Positions 19,764 through 28,511 of a DNA stretch of 45,347 nt are shown one piece after another. The notes under the pieces were generated by a model. The model did not search any database and was not told the DNA's origin. It was given only the letters and a program-made list of their open reading frames with translations. Every line of letters begins with the position of its first letter. Position 1 is the stretch's first letter. The translations under genes and the position numbers were made by a program. Source of the DNA: Candidatus Parvarchaeota archaeon (GTDB lineage Archaea > Nanobdellota > Nanobdellia > Parvarchaeales > Parvarchaeaceae); contig JAMCRN010000004.1 of NCBI GenBank assembly GCA_023380585.1, positions 1 to 45,347 on the forward strand, in the 5' to 3' direction.

Positions 19764-20459
19764 TTATATCAAGTGATAATGTCTTACCGACTCTACCTGT
19801 TTTTCCAGGCCTTTGACCTTCTCTGTCAGCTCGCTTTTCCTTCTTTTTATGTCCTGGTTTAAAGAATATGCGTTTTCCTGGGCCAACCTGTATTCATCAA
19901 GCTTTTTTTCTATGGGGACGCTGACATTTTTATTATAAATAACGTTTGCGTTTTTTGCTGCTTTCTTTATGTTTTTTATCTCATTCTTCAAATCTCTAAG
20001 CTTCTTTTTGCTTTCGTAGGCTGTTAGATGTGCCGATTCGCTTAATGCGTCCTGTTCTTTATAGAGCACTTCAAGACTGGACTGCATATTTGATATTATC
20101 CTATCCATCAATGAAGAATATTCCTTCTCAATCCTATCCAGATACTTCCTTTCATCCTTAAACTTTGTCTTTCCTGCCCTCAACAGCTCTTTGTATTCTC
20201 TTTTCTTTTGTTTTATCGCGGATCTGTAAATTTTGAAATTAGTGGCTGATAGATCAGTATTCCATGGATGATTGCTGGCCTCACTAAGGTATCTACGCAT
20301 GTTGGCAATCCGATTTTTATAGTCGGCGTATCCTACATCGAACATCTTCTTCCTTTCCAGATATTCTGACCTTATCGAAGCTAATTTTTCTACACCCGGA
20401 GCATCGATCACTTCATCAAGACTTGCAGGGTATCTTTTTCTATTTTCCATTGAATTCAT
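19764..20459 (-). CDS. Hypothetical Lys/Glu-rich coiled-coil protein
   Basis: 231-aa ORF, highly charged and helical; BRE/TATA-like AAAACTATTTATATA upstream. Confidence 0.7.
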   Translation of the reverse strand: MNSMENRKRYPASLDEVIDAPGVEKLASIRSEYLERKKMFDVGYADYKNRIANMRRYLSEASNHPWNTDLSATNFKIYRSAIKQKKREYKELLRAGKTKFKDERKYLDRIEKEYSSLMDRIISNMQSSLEVLYKEQDALSESAHLTAYESKKKLRDLKNEIKNIKKAAKNANVIYNKNVSVPIEKKLDEYRLAQENAYSLNQDIKRRKSELTEKVKGLEKQVESVRHYHLI

Positions 20460-20571
20460 ATGATACTAACATATATAAATAGTTTTCTACTATATAATGG
20501 TAAATTTATTAATATAGTATTCAAAAACAGGCGGGGCTTATCAAAAACAAACATGTTTTAGAACGTCTTTC

Positions 20572-21930
20572 TTATGATTGCGCTGTGACGTTTGCAAATG
20601 CCCTTGCACCGGCATCGCCGAAAACGGAGATCAGATACTGGCTGCCTGCGTCTACTGTTGAGATAAGGGAGCTATTGCCCATCTTTATTACGCCGTCGAA
20701 GTTTAAAGTGACTGATTTTCCAGCTGACAGAAGGTATCCGACGTGTCCAAAAACGTCATTGAACTGCACAAGGCTTGTCGGCGGAAGCAATGTACCATTG
20801 GAGAATATAAGGAAATGAGTACCCATCAGGCCATAGCATGCCGCATATGTCTGTCTTAAAAACATGTTCCTCAGGTTGACAAGCGTATCGTTAAGTCCGG
20901 TCAAGACACTGGAATTAGATAGCTTGGGTATTATGGATGATATGTTTAATATTGAATAATTCGATCCAGCCGGTCCGGCACGTACTGGCCCAGGCGCAAA
21001 TTTATCAGCGTTCGCGCAATATGTCTGCATTCGCGTGCCGTTTATTACGACTAAAGACTTGTTGCCATTGTATGAAGTGACAGTTTCAGGACCTGAAAGG
21101 AACAATTGCCTCAGATAAGTGCTCTGGTTCGAGGTGTCTGTGACCGTGACGGATATATTGGTATAATTACCGTTTACTTTTACGACAGCATTTGAAAGTG
21201 ATATGCTAGGCCTAAGGCCATCAAGCGTCTGCCTTTCTCCAGCAGAAAGGGCCGTTGTCGGCAGAATACCGAGTTTAGAAACAGTCACGCCGGCTCCTAA
21301 TTTAGAAGCGGCTATACTTATCCCCAATTTTGCGACGTTTATTCCTGTAGCGAGATTGATGCCTGAAGGCGTGAATGAAGCGCGCACGGAAGGAACCAGC
21401 ATGAAAGAAGTGCTGTTACCGTTCGATATTGAGATTATGTTCGGGGTAAAATCGAGCAGTATGCTCGCTGTAGCATTTATCTTTCTGCCAGTTACATGGA
21501 CAAATACTGTATCGTTCGGCAGTGACACTGGATAGGTTGTGCCGTTTATTGTCAAACTGGCTGAGGAAACGACGAGCTTTATGCCGTTTATTATCGCACC
21601 AGGACCGGTAAGTACTCCGCCTATTATCTGACTTACATTGCTTAAAGAGAGAAGATTTATAGAACCGCCGGTGCTGGAAACAGAAACGAACCCGCTGCTG
21701 TTACCGTTAGCTACCTGCACTTGCGCAGACGAATAGCTTATGGTCAAAGCCGTAGTACCAGCAGGGACGCTGGTAGGGTCTGTTATACCGAGAAGTGTCA
21801 AATGCAAGGATGTAGAAGGATAAAAGAAAAGGAAAAAGCCGGCTATTATAACTATCAAAATGAACAGAGCTAGATACCTTTTGAAGTGCCTCTTTTTATG
21901 CTGCTTTGGGGCTTCTGGTACTCCATCCAT
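20572..21930 (-). CDS. DUF4382-like membrane-anchored surface protein
   Basis: Basic N-terminus + TM, then GITDP..ISYSSAQV..INLLSL..INGTTYPVSLPN..LLDF pattern; C-terminal Ig-like segment. Confidence 0.7.
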   Translation of the reverse strand: MDGVPEAPKQHKKRHFKRYLALFILIVIIAGFFLFFYPSTSLHLTLLGITDPTSVPAGTTALTISYSSAQVQVANGNSSGFVSVSSTGGSINLLSLSNVSQIIGGVLTGPGAIINGIKLVVSSASLTINGTTYPVSLPNDTVFVHVTGRKINATASILLDFTPNIISISNGNSTSFMLVPSVRASFTPSGINLATGINVAKLGISIAASKLGAGVTVSKLGILPTTALSAGERQTLDGLRPSISLSNAVVKVNGNYTNISVTVTDTSNQSTYLRQLFLSGPETVTSYNGNKSLVVINGTRMQTYCANADKFAPGPVRAGPAGSNYSILNISSIIPKLSNSSVLTGLNDTLVNLRNMFLRQTYAACYGLMGTHFLIFSNGTLLPPTSLVQFNDVFGHVGYLLSAGKSVTLNFDGVIKMGNSSLISTVDAGSQYLISVFGDAGARAFANVTAQS

Positions 21931-22048
21931 TTTATTATAAAAAACACTGTATTTATAAACTTTTCCTAAACGACTTTCTTGGTCATTTTTATCCGCCTAC
22001 ACTGTATGAGGATATAACGATGGTCCGATCAGAGAAAAATTATAACCA

Positions 22049-22630
22049 TCATACGAAGAAGCCTAAAGTCTTTCCCCCATTCTTAGCGTATTTCTCTATG
22101 CCATTTATCGATTCCGGCGGAGCGCTTACCAATCTTAATTCTCCTTCCGGTATGAAACCGTATATCTCTTCGAATCTCTGGTTCTTTGGCGATCTACAAT
22201 AAGACACTGGTATGGTCTTGACGACGTTCGGGTCCATGCTTATAAGAAAACCATATTTTCCCCTTTTCGCGAAGTCCTCAGAGACAGACCTGAATATAGA
22301 CACTGGTACACCTCTCTGGTTTTTTATACCGTTGGTCATCGTCTCTACTAAAAAAAGATTAGCTTCCTCCGGTTCGTCGAACGAGACGCCGCGGTATATT
22401 CCGTTTTTCTTCTTAGCGGCTCTTAACAGCGTCCTATAAACACGATTCGTGACATCCTCAGATATGCGATCGTCAGGCATTTCTTCCGCGCGATACATGA
22501 TAGTCACCAGTTCTTTCAATGTCTTTGGATCTTCGCTGTACTGTTTGAATCTCTCAAGGCCGAATATGCCCAAAGAATCTCTTTCGTCTGTCCACTGCCT
22601 AAATGACAAAGCTTTTTCCAGAGATGTCAT
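22049..22630 (-). CDS. Putative ADP-ribosyltransferase-fold protein (R-S-E type)
   Basis: IYRGV, GVPVSIFRSVSEDFA, GFLISMD, EGELRL and PPESI appear in the order expected for ART core strands; own TATA box ~20-27 nt upstream. Confidence 0.55.
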   Translation of the reverse strand: MTSLEKALSFRQWTDERDSLGIFGLERFKQYSEDPKTLKELVTIMYRAEEMPDDRISEDVTNRVYRTLLRAAKKKNGIYRGVSFDEPEEANLFLVETMTNGIKNQRGVPVSIFRSVSEDFAKRGKYGFLISMDPNVVKTIPVSYCRSPKNQRFEEIYGFIPEGELRLVSAPPESINGIEKYAKNGGKTLGFFV

Positions 22631-22780
22631 ATGTGATTTTTACTACTTTTATATAAGTATAAATTCAGAATACACTTAATATAAATAGTTTTGCATTCCT
22701 TACAGGGCCATGGTTCATGATTAACGTTTCATTTCAGACGTCTCTGGTACCGGAAGATACGCTTAATAACAACGACGCTT

Positions 22781-24229
22781 CTAATGTCCGTTGTAGATGC
22801 CTCTCAATTTTCTTGCTGTTTTCATAAGACTCTCATCCAGAAGCATCTTGGATGACAGCCCTCTAAGTTTGTCCACATGCTCCCTCGTCATATCAGAGGT
22901 GTTGTATATAGCATGCGTAAGCTCTTCTATGAGGACATCGATCAAGTCTTCTGCGGATCTGAAAGCGGATATGTTTATCCCTATTGTCCCGGTATTTTGG
23001 TCGTAGAAACCCTTTTCTGCGCCCAGCTTCTCATCGTACGAAGAGTAAACCAAAAGCCTTTTTGTGGGGGCATAGACGCCGGTTATTTTCCTCAGAATTC
23101 TGTATGCTTTTGATTCTCTCTCAGACATTCTGTCTTCCGTGTATTCGATACGATTCATGTTCGAATACTTAAGAAGGAAACTTTTACCGCCAGGTATTAT
23201 ACCTGCGGCGGCCATCCTTTCCAAAAGCCTCCTCTTTGGGACAATATTGGCACCACGATACTCTGCCTCTCTAGACAGACTATCTTCGACCACCGAATCT
23301 TCTCCGAATACCTCGCTCCAGGCTTGTGATGCAAGGCTCTTCATGTTATTACTGGCAGCATAGAAAAAAGCGAATAAGTCTGCTTCTGCGGGTTCTTTAT
23401 GGTTTTTTATCGCCTCAAAAACACCTCTCCAGTAGTCTTTGCTTTCGATGAACTGCATAGATTCGGATAGTACATTGTCCAGCTCATCGTAATCGAATAG
23501 GTTTCTTCCTTCGGATATCCTAAGCGTTGAGGGAGCAAAGTTGTAGCCCCATGCATACCCGGCAGAACTGGAGATGTACATGCCACCGACGAAGATGCCA
23601 TCTGCATTCACAGGCTGGAGGAAGACCTCGTCTTCACTTGTCAGTATAGATTCCAGTTTTTTGTTTAGTATCATATTGTTATTCTTTACGCTGTGCAATA
23701 TTCTGCTGTCGCCAGGCTTTATTATGTTTTTTTCTATTATTCTGGAAATGTCGTTTCTTACATTGTCTACCTCCACCAGCGTGCCTTCTATCTTCCTTGT
23801 GGATTTGAATATTTCCAAGGACATAATATCTATCCCATCTTCTGTCGTGAGTATCGAGGGTATTGCGATATAGTCTTTGAAAGACACTATCACGCTGTAC
23901 AAATTACGCAGCGCCACCATCATGGCGATTTTGAGCCCCTCATTGAATCTGCCTATATAGGATGTCGAGAGGTCTTTGCCCTGCGAACTGTAGCCTATGT
24001 AGAAATCTTTTATATCGAGCGACCTGGTGGAGTTATAAACCCTGAAGCATCCGTCCGAGTAATCCATCTTCACGTTTTCCCATCTGCCTTCCTCGGCGTC
24101 CAATGCGTTCGATATCAGCTCTCTTGCTATGTCCCAATCATCCCAGTTAGTCCTATACCGGTCCACACATATCGGATAAGTGAACGTTCTCAGTGCCGTA
24201 TAGCTTTCCAACAAATCTTCGAGGCCCAT
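22781..24229 (-). CDS. GHKL-type ATPase domain fused to a C-terminal zincin-like (EExxH) domain
   Basis: WDDWDIARELISNALDA (N-box), YIGRFNEGLK (G2-like), EGTLVEV (G3); C-terminal GFYD..TIGIN..LIEELTHA..SDMTR. Start moved to ATG 24229 (TATA CTTTTATAC ~25 nt upstream). Confidence 0.65.
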   Translation of the reverse strand: MGLEDLLESYTALRTFTYPICVDRYRTNWDDWDIARELISNALDAEEGRWENVKMDYSDGCFRVYNSTRSLDIKDFYIGYSSQGKDLSTSYIGRFNEGLKIAMMVALRNLYSVIVSFKDYIAIPSILTTEDGIDIMSLEIFKSTRKIEGTLVEVDNVRNDISRIIEKNIIKPGDSRILHSVKNNNMILNKKLESILTSEDEVFLQPVNADGIFVGGMYISSSAGYAWGYNFAPSTLRISEGRNLFDYDELDNVLSESMQFIESKDYWRGVFEAIKNHKEPAEADLFAFFYAASNNMKSLASQAWSEVFGEDSVVEDSLSREAEYRGANIVPKRRLLERMAAAGIIPGGKSFLLKYSNMNRIEYTEDRMSERESKAYRILRKITGVYAPTKRLLVYSSYDEKLGAEKGFYDQNTGTIGINISAFRSAEDLIDVLIEELTHAIYNTSDMTREHVDKLRGLSSKMLLDESLMKTARKLRGIYNGH

Positions 24230-24290
24230 GATTATTTCCTGATCACGATGGTATAAAAGCCTAATAAGACGTGAACGATGTTTTTTGCCA

Positions 24291-26168
24291 TCATATCCTC
24301 TCAAAAGGGTCTATCCCAAGTATTTGCATGCAGTTAGAGAGGAGGTTTAGACTGGCTTTTACAAGCCTAAGCCTAAACGCCCTAAGCCCGTCTTCCGACC
24401 TATTTACCTCAACGTGCTCATAGAAGGAATTGAAATCGGAGGCCAACTTCTGCGAGAAATTTGAGAGCACAACAAGGTCGAGGGAAGATGCTGAGCGCTT
24501 TATGACGTCAGGAAAGTCCAGCATGTCCTTTATCAGTGATTTTTCGTATTGATTCGTCTCCAACTTCCGATAGTCTGGAGTGGAAGCATGGTCTAGGCCG
24601 GATTTCGCCAGTATGCTGTTGGCCCTTGCATATGTGTAAAGAAAATACATGGCGGTCCTGTTCTCCAGGTTCAGCGACCCCTCTATATCGAACAAAGTTA
24701 TCTTGTTCTTATCAGACCTGATGAGCTCATAACGCAGTGTAGACGCCGCAGCCGAATCAGCGAACTTTCTCAAGTCCATATCTTTTCTGTCTTTATTCCT
24801 TTCCACGGCAGAAGAATATATCTTATCACTAAGAACGTCAAGGACGTCGTCCACGTTGACATATATCCCTTTTCTGCCGCTCATATGCGTGAATCTTCTG
24901 TTACTGCCAGATTCTCCAAGAGCCTTCACCGTGTTATCTGACAACGCTACTACTTCGTATGAATAATGCATATACCTTGCGCCTGGTTTAAGCTGTTCTA
25001 TGACTTCCTTTACTACATTCTGCTCATATGACTGCCTTACGTCCACTACGTTTACAGACATGCCCACGTCATTGAACTTTGGGTGTGCCTGGACACCGTC
25101 TTCTAAAGTCGTCGTCCATTCGGTACCGCCAGAGGCATAATGCCGCGCTACTTTGTAATTGAAGTCCGTTTTTAACATCCCATGTTTCCACATTGCATAT
25201 GCTATGTCCTTCCCTACGTACACCACTGTGCCGTTCGACCTGACTATGATCTTTTCGCTCCCGTCTATCTTGCTCCTAAAAACCCAGCAGCCCTTCTTTT
25301 CCCCGCTTTCCTCCAGCTTTATCAGACCTTCTTTTTTAAGCTGAGAAAATGCAGTCTCCCAGAATTTAAACGCCAAGATGTGAGATTCATAATTCAGGAG
25401 GTCGTATTTGACCCTGAGCCTGTCCATCGTCTCTGCGTGGGCATCCAGTATCTTTTTTATCAGCATGGAGGAGAAACTTGATATGTCATTGTTCCCCTTC
25501 TCCAGCATCTTAAGAACCTCCTCTCTGTGCTTTAGAAGTTCCGGTTTTTCCTCATACATCCTGTTCACTTCTACGTATACTTCGTCTCCTATGTAATGGT
25601 CTATTTTCACGCCAGGCTTTTCCATTGGAAATCCAAGGAATTTTATGCCTACGATGTTATCGGCGACCTGCGAGCCAGTATCGTCTATATAGTTGGTGAC
25701 TATCACATCATATCCCGCGAACTTTAGCAGTCTTGATATGGAATCACCTAGAGCGGCGTTCTTTGCATGCCCTATGTGTATCGCCTTGTTGGGGTTTACG
25801 CTTGTATGCTCAACGATGACTCTCTCTTTTTTCCCGATCGATACTCTGCCGTATTCGCCATCTACTTTGTCCAACAGGTAGCCACTTATATTACGGTAAT
25901 CGTAGAAAATGTTTATGTGGCCGGAGTCTACGTTTATTTTTTCTATGTATTCGGTGCCTTCTATCTTTTTTGCCGTAGCCTCTGCCTCCTCTGACACAGG
26001 TCTTTGGTTTTTCTTTGCCAAAGCGAAGGCGATTTCCAAAGCGATGTCACCCATCACAGGGTCAGGGGTGTCACGGATGTATTTCAGGGTCTCCTTATAG
26101 TCTATACCTAACCTCTTCGATATCTCTTTGAGTATAGAATCTTTTAGATCGATTTGCGCTTTTACCAT
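24291..26168 (-). CDS. argS: Arginyl-tRNA synthetase (archaeal-type)
   Basis: VEHTSVNPNKAIHIGHAKN (HIGH motif), YIDDTG, RSNGTVVY, DVRQ, HMSGRKG, YTYARANSIL, DALR-like C-terminus. Confidence 0.96.
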   Translation of the reverse strand: MVKAQIDLKDSILKEISKRLGIDYKETLKYIRDTPDPVMGDIALEIAFALAKKNQRPVSEEAEATAKKIEGTEYIEKINVDSGHINIFYDYRNISGYLLDKVDGEYGRVSIGKKERVIVEHTSVNPNKAIHIGHAKNAALGDSISRLLKFAGYDVIVTNYIDDTGSQVADNIVGIKFLGFPMEKPGVKIDHYIGDEVYVEVNRMYEEKPELLKHREEVLKMLEKGNNDISSFSSMLIKKILDAHAETMDRLRVKYDLLNYESHILAFKFWETAFSQLKKEGLIKLEESGEKKGCWVFRSKIDGSEKIIVRSNGTVVYVGKDIAYAMWKHGMLKTDFNYKVARHYASGGTEWTTTLEDGVQAHPKFNDVGMSVNVVDVRQSYEQNVVKEVIEQLKPGARYMHYSYEVVALSDNTVKALGESGSNRRFTHMSGRKGIYVNVDDVLDVLSDKIYSSAVERNKDRKDMDLRKFADSAAASTLRYELIRSDKNKITLFDIEGSLNLENRTAMYFLYTYARANSILAKSGLDHASTPDYRKLETNQYEKSLIKDMLDFPDVIKRSASSLDLVVLSNFSQKLASDFNSFYEHVEVNRSEDGLRAFRLRLVKASLNLLSNCMQILGIDPFERI

Positions 26169-26193
26169 AGGCTTGTCATCTCATTTGATCCCA

Positions 26194-26264
26194 TGCGGCC
26201 GACGGGATTTTAACCGGCGTCATAAGCTTAGAAGGCTCATGTTTTCCAACTAGATTATGACCGC
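26194..26264 (-). tRNA. Degenerate tRNA-Arg(UCU)-like element (pseudo-tRNA or tRNA-mimic leader of argS)
   Basis: Minus strand reads GCGGTCA TA ATCT AGTTGGA AAAC A TGAGC CTTCTAA GCTTA TGAC GCCGG TTAAAAT CCCGT CGGCCGC A. Cloverleaf layout with an intact anticodon arm (UCU). Mismatches A7-C66, A10-C25, C12-A23, C51-C63; T-loop C56 is replaced by A. Confidence 0.85.
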
Positions 26265-26327
26265 TTCAAAAAAAACGAGTCAGTTCACGGATTTAACGCT
26301 TTCTACTTGATGGACCGCTATACATCC

Positions 26328-27278
26328 TTATTTAAGTCTCCCAGCCATATTCCCGGATAGAGTCCTCTTCTTAGAGAACCTTTTTACTGCTATCCTCACC
26401 GAGTTCCTATAGGACAACGCCCCTATTACCACGACCACCAATATGACTATGAAGAAGCCGACGCCAAGACTGTGGAGGTTATGGACCTCTATAGGCGTTA
26501 TGACCGCGAAACTCAGTATCTGGGGGAAAGCGAGTATCAGCCCTCCAGCTACAAAAAACGTGAGTCCTCCGTACATCAATACGTTGGAGGCTATGTATTT
26601 TGCTATGAACTGGATCCCTTTCTCTGTTACGCACTTTACTTTCCTTATCCACGTGCCGAACAGCGCTCCGAAACTAAATTGCATAGTCATTGTCCCTAAC
26701 CCGAAAAGCAGGCCGGGAAGAAAAGCGACGTACGCATTAGGCATTGCCGGCGCGAATACGAAATAGATTATAAGGGCAAAGGCACCGAATCCGAAACCCG
26801 CTATAAGACCGTGTATGAACGCCATCTTCATCTTGACTTCTTTCTTATAAAAGTCTGTCTCTTCGTGTCTGAACCTGGGATGCATCCTTTTGCTGACGAA
26901 CTCGTTTAACTCTAGATGGGGATAGTATGACCCGTATTTAACGTAATGGCCTGCTATGTACATGACTGCCCCGACTATTATGTAGACTATCCCGAAGAAT
27001 ACTGGGGAGCTTATGAAATCTTTTATGCTGTAAAGCCCATACGCAAAGACAAAGAACATCAGCTCCGACATCAATGCGCGCTGGATGGTGAAACCCAGAG
27101 AGAATACCGCGCCCGCTTCCGCACCCTTGCGGCTGCTTCCGCTGCCTATCGCATAAGAGAAAGTTATCGGCCATGTATGCTCGTCTGGGGTTATACCGTG
27201 CACTATGCCAAGTATATAAGAGAGAAGAAATGTTATGTAAAGGCCGTCAAAAGTCGGATTAAAGAGGTTTATTGACAT
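26328..27278 (-). CDS. NiCoT/UreH-like putative metal (Ni/Co) transporter membrane protein
   Basis: LGIVHGITPDEHTW (HxxxDH-like) in TM1, IHGLIAGFG in the second half, about 7 TM. Start moved to ATG 27278 (MSINLF); the ORF-track N-extension overlaps a divergent gene. Confidence 0.6.
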   Translation of the reverse strand: MSINLFNPTFDGLYITFLLSYILGIVHGITPDEHTWPITFSYAIGSGSSRKGAEAGAVFSLGFTIQRALMSELMFFVFAYGLYSIKDFISSPVFFGIVYIIVGAVMYIAGHYVKYGSYYPHLELNEFVSKRMHPRFRHEETDFYKKEVKMKMAFIHGLIAGFGFGAFALIIYFVFAPAMPNAYVAFLPGLLFGLGTMTMQFSFGALFGTWIRKVKCVTEKGIQFIAKYIASNVLMYGGLTFFVAGGLILAFPQILSFAVITPIEVHNLHSLGVGFFIVILVVVVIGALSYRNSVRIAVKRFSKKRTLSGNMAGRLK

Positions 27279-27400
27279 AGGCTGATGTGCGCATCTTTCT
27301 CCGGTATTTCTATTCCTTTGTGTGATTGTAAAGGATGTTTTATGATTATTATAATATAAACAAGTAGAGTATTTATAATCAATATAAAACCAGGCAGCAT

Positions 27401-27736
27401 ATGACAAGAAGACTTTTGCTCCCAGTGCCTCAGACGGGTAAAAAAGACAGTCGCCAGCGCAGCCTGGAAAGTCTGTTAGTGTCGACTGCAAAAGAGCTTA
27501 ATCTTAAACCAGCCTGCAGGTATTCAGAGATAAGCCTTGAAGAAGCGGGGGCCTCTAGTGTTACCACTACAAAAAAGACTAGTATAATCTTCTGCGGAGA
27601 AAACGGAGAGGATTTGGAGGTCTCTTACACAAACAGGGCAAGCGCAGTCGAGATAGACATTGAAGACTTGTCTGCGTACGGAAGCGTTTTGGAAGCTAGA
27701 TACATCGACAAATTGAAGTCGATCGTGTGTGCGTAA
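27401..27736 (+). CDS. Hypothetical protein
   Basis: 111-aa ORF filling an otherwise empty gap; TTTATAAT ~22 nt upstream of the ATG. Confidence 0.6.
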   Translation: MTRRLLLPVPQTGKKDSRQRSLESLLVSTAKELNLKPACRYSEISLEEAGASSVTTTKKTSIIFCGENGEDLEVSYTNRASAVEIDIEDLSAYGSVLEARYIDKLKSIVCA

Positions 27737-27774
27737 AAAGCTGGAATAGGATACGCTCAGCATAAAAGCGGTGC

Positions 27775-27800
27775 AGCCGCGTGTAAATGCGGCTAAAAAA
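27775..27800. terminator. Hairpin plus oligo-T between convergent genes
   Basis: AGCCGCGT-GTAA-ATGCGGCT forms an 8-bp stem with a GNRA loop on +; on - a T6 run immediately follows the MBL stop codon. Confidence 0.5.
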
Positions 27801-28511
27801 CTAGATGGGTATACTTTTTCTTGGATATATCAAGCCGGGCATGCGCTTTTCCATTTTCATTACGTATTCACTGGACTCCCTTGTGAGATGGACCGGTATG
27901 AGATGCCTGGCTTTAGATTCCTGGAATACCCTCAACGTAGAGCTATAAGTAGAGTGCTTCCAGAAATCAGCGTCCTTCTTCCTTGCGTCAGTATAGGTCA
28001 TCTCGTGTATAAGATAGTCGGCATTTTCTGCGCCTTTTACCACGTTTTCGGAATAGGCCGTGTCTCCGCTGTAGAAGATGACTTTGCCTTTGTATTCGAT
28101 CCTGTAACCGTTGTCTGGGATTATGTGATTCGCGTGAAATCTTTGCACGGAATCGAAATCTCTCTCTTCTATGTATTTTATCTTTATATCGAACGCTTCT
28201 GGGGTATTCAGGGTCTTGAGAAGGGTCTCTGTGCTCCTTTTTATCCCTCTTGGGCCGACAAGGAAAAGAGGCTGTTTAGCGTGGTATATCGCCCTATACC
28301 ACAGAAGTTCTGGGATGCCTGAGAAGTGATCCAGGTGCATATGAGTTATGAAGACCGTCTCTATGCTGTTAGGGTCGACCCCCATATCCAACAGTGATTC
28401 TACAGAATGAGGGCCAAAATCGAATACCATCTTATCATCCAAAAGGAAAGAAACGTTGCGCTGGCCTCTTACGCTGTTAGAGCTCCAGACCCCTAAGAAC
28501 CTTACTCTCAT
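27801..28511 (-). CDS. Metallo-beta-lactamase fold hydrolase, RNase Z/phosphodiesterase-like
   Basis: FDFG, THMHLDH (HxHxDH), ANH, YSGDT, IHEMT, KHST, VH motifs; ATGA-coupled to the upstream MFS. Confidence 0.88.
   Translation of the reverse strand: MRVRFLGVWSSNSVRGQRNVSFLLDDKMVFDFGPHSVESLLDMGVDPNSIETVFITHMHLDHFSGIPELLWYRAIYHAKQPLFLVGPRGIKRSTETLLKTLNTPEAFDIKIKYIEERDFDSVQRFHANHIIPDNGYRIEYKGKVIFYSGDTAYSENVVKGAENADYLIHEMTYTDARKKDADFWKHSTYSSTLRVFQESKARHLIPVHLTRESSEYVMKMEKRMPGLIYPRKSIPI

Noticed and set aside
24230..24304. ORF-track N-terminal extensions (also 1763-1810, 27279-27491, 32653-32688, 41581-41706)
   Set aside because: They run through promoter regions or neighbouring genes; downstream ATGs fit TATA spacing or gene coupling better.
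19764..26264. Integrated element using the tRNA-Arg-like sequence as att site
   Set aside because: No integrase and no second copy of the tRNA 3' end seen in the window; the essential argS lies directly next to it.
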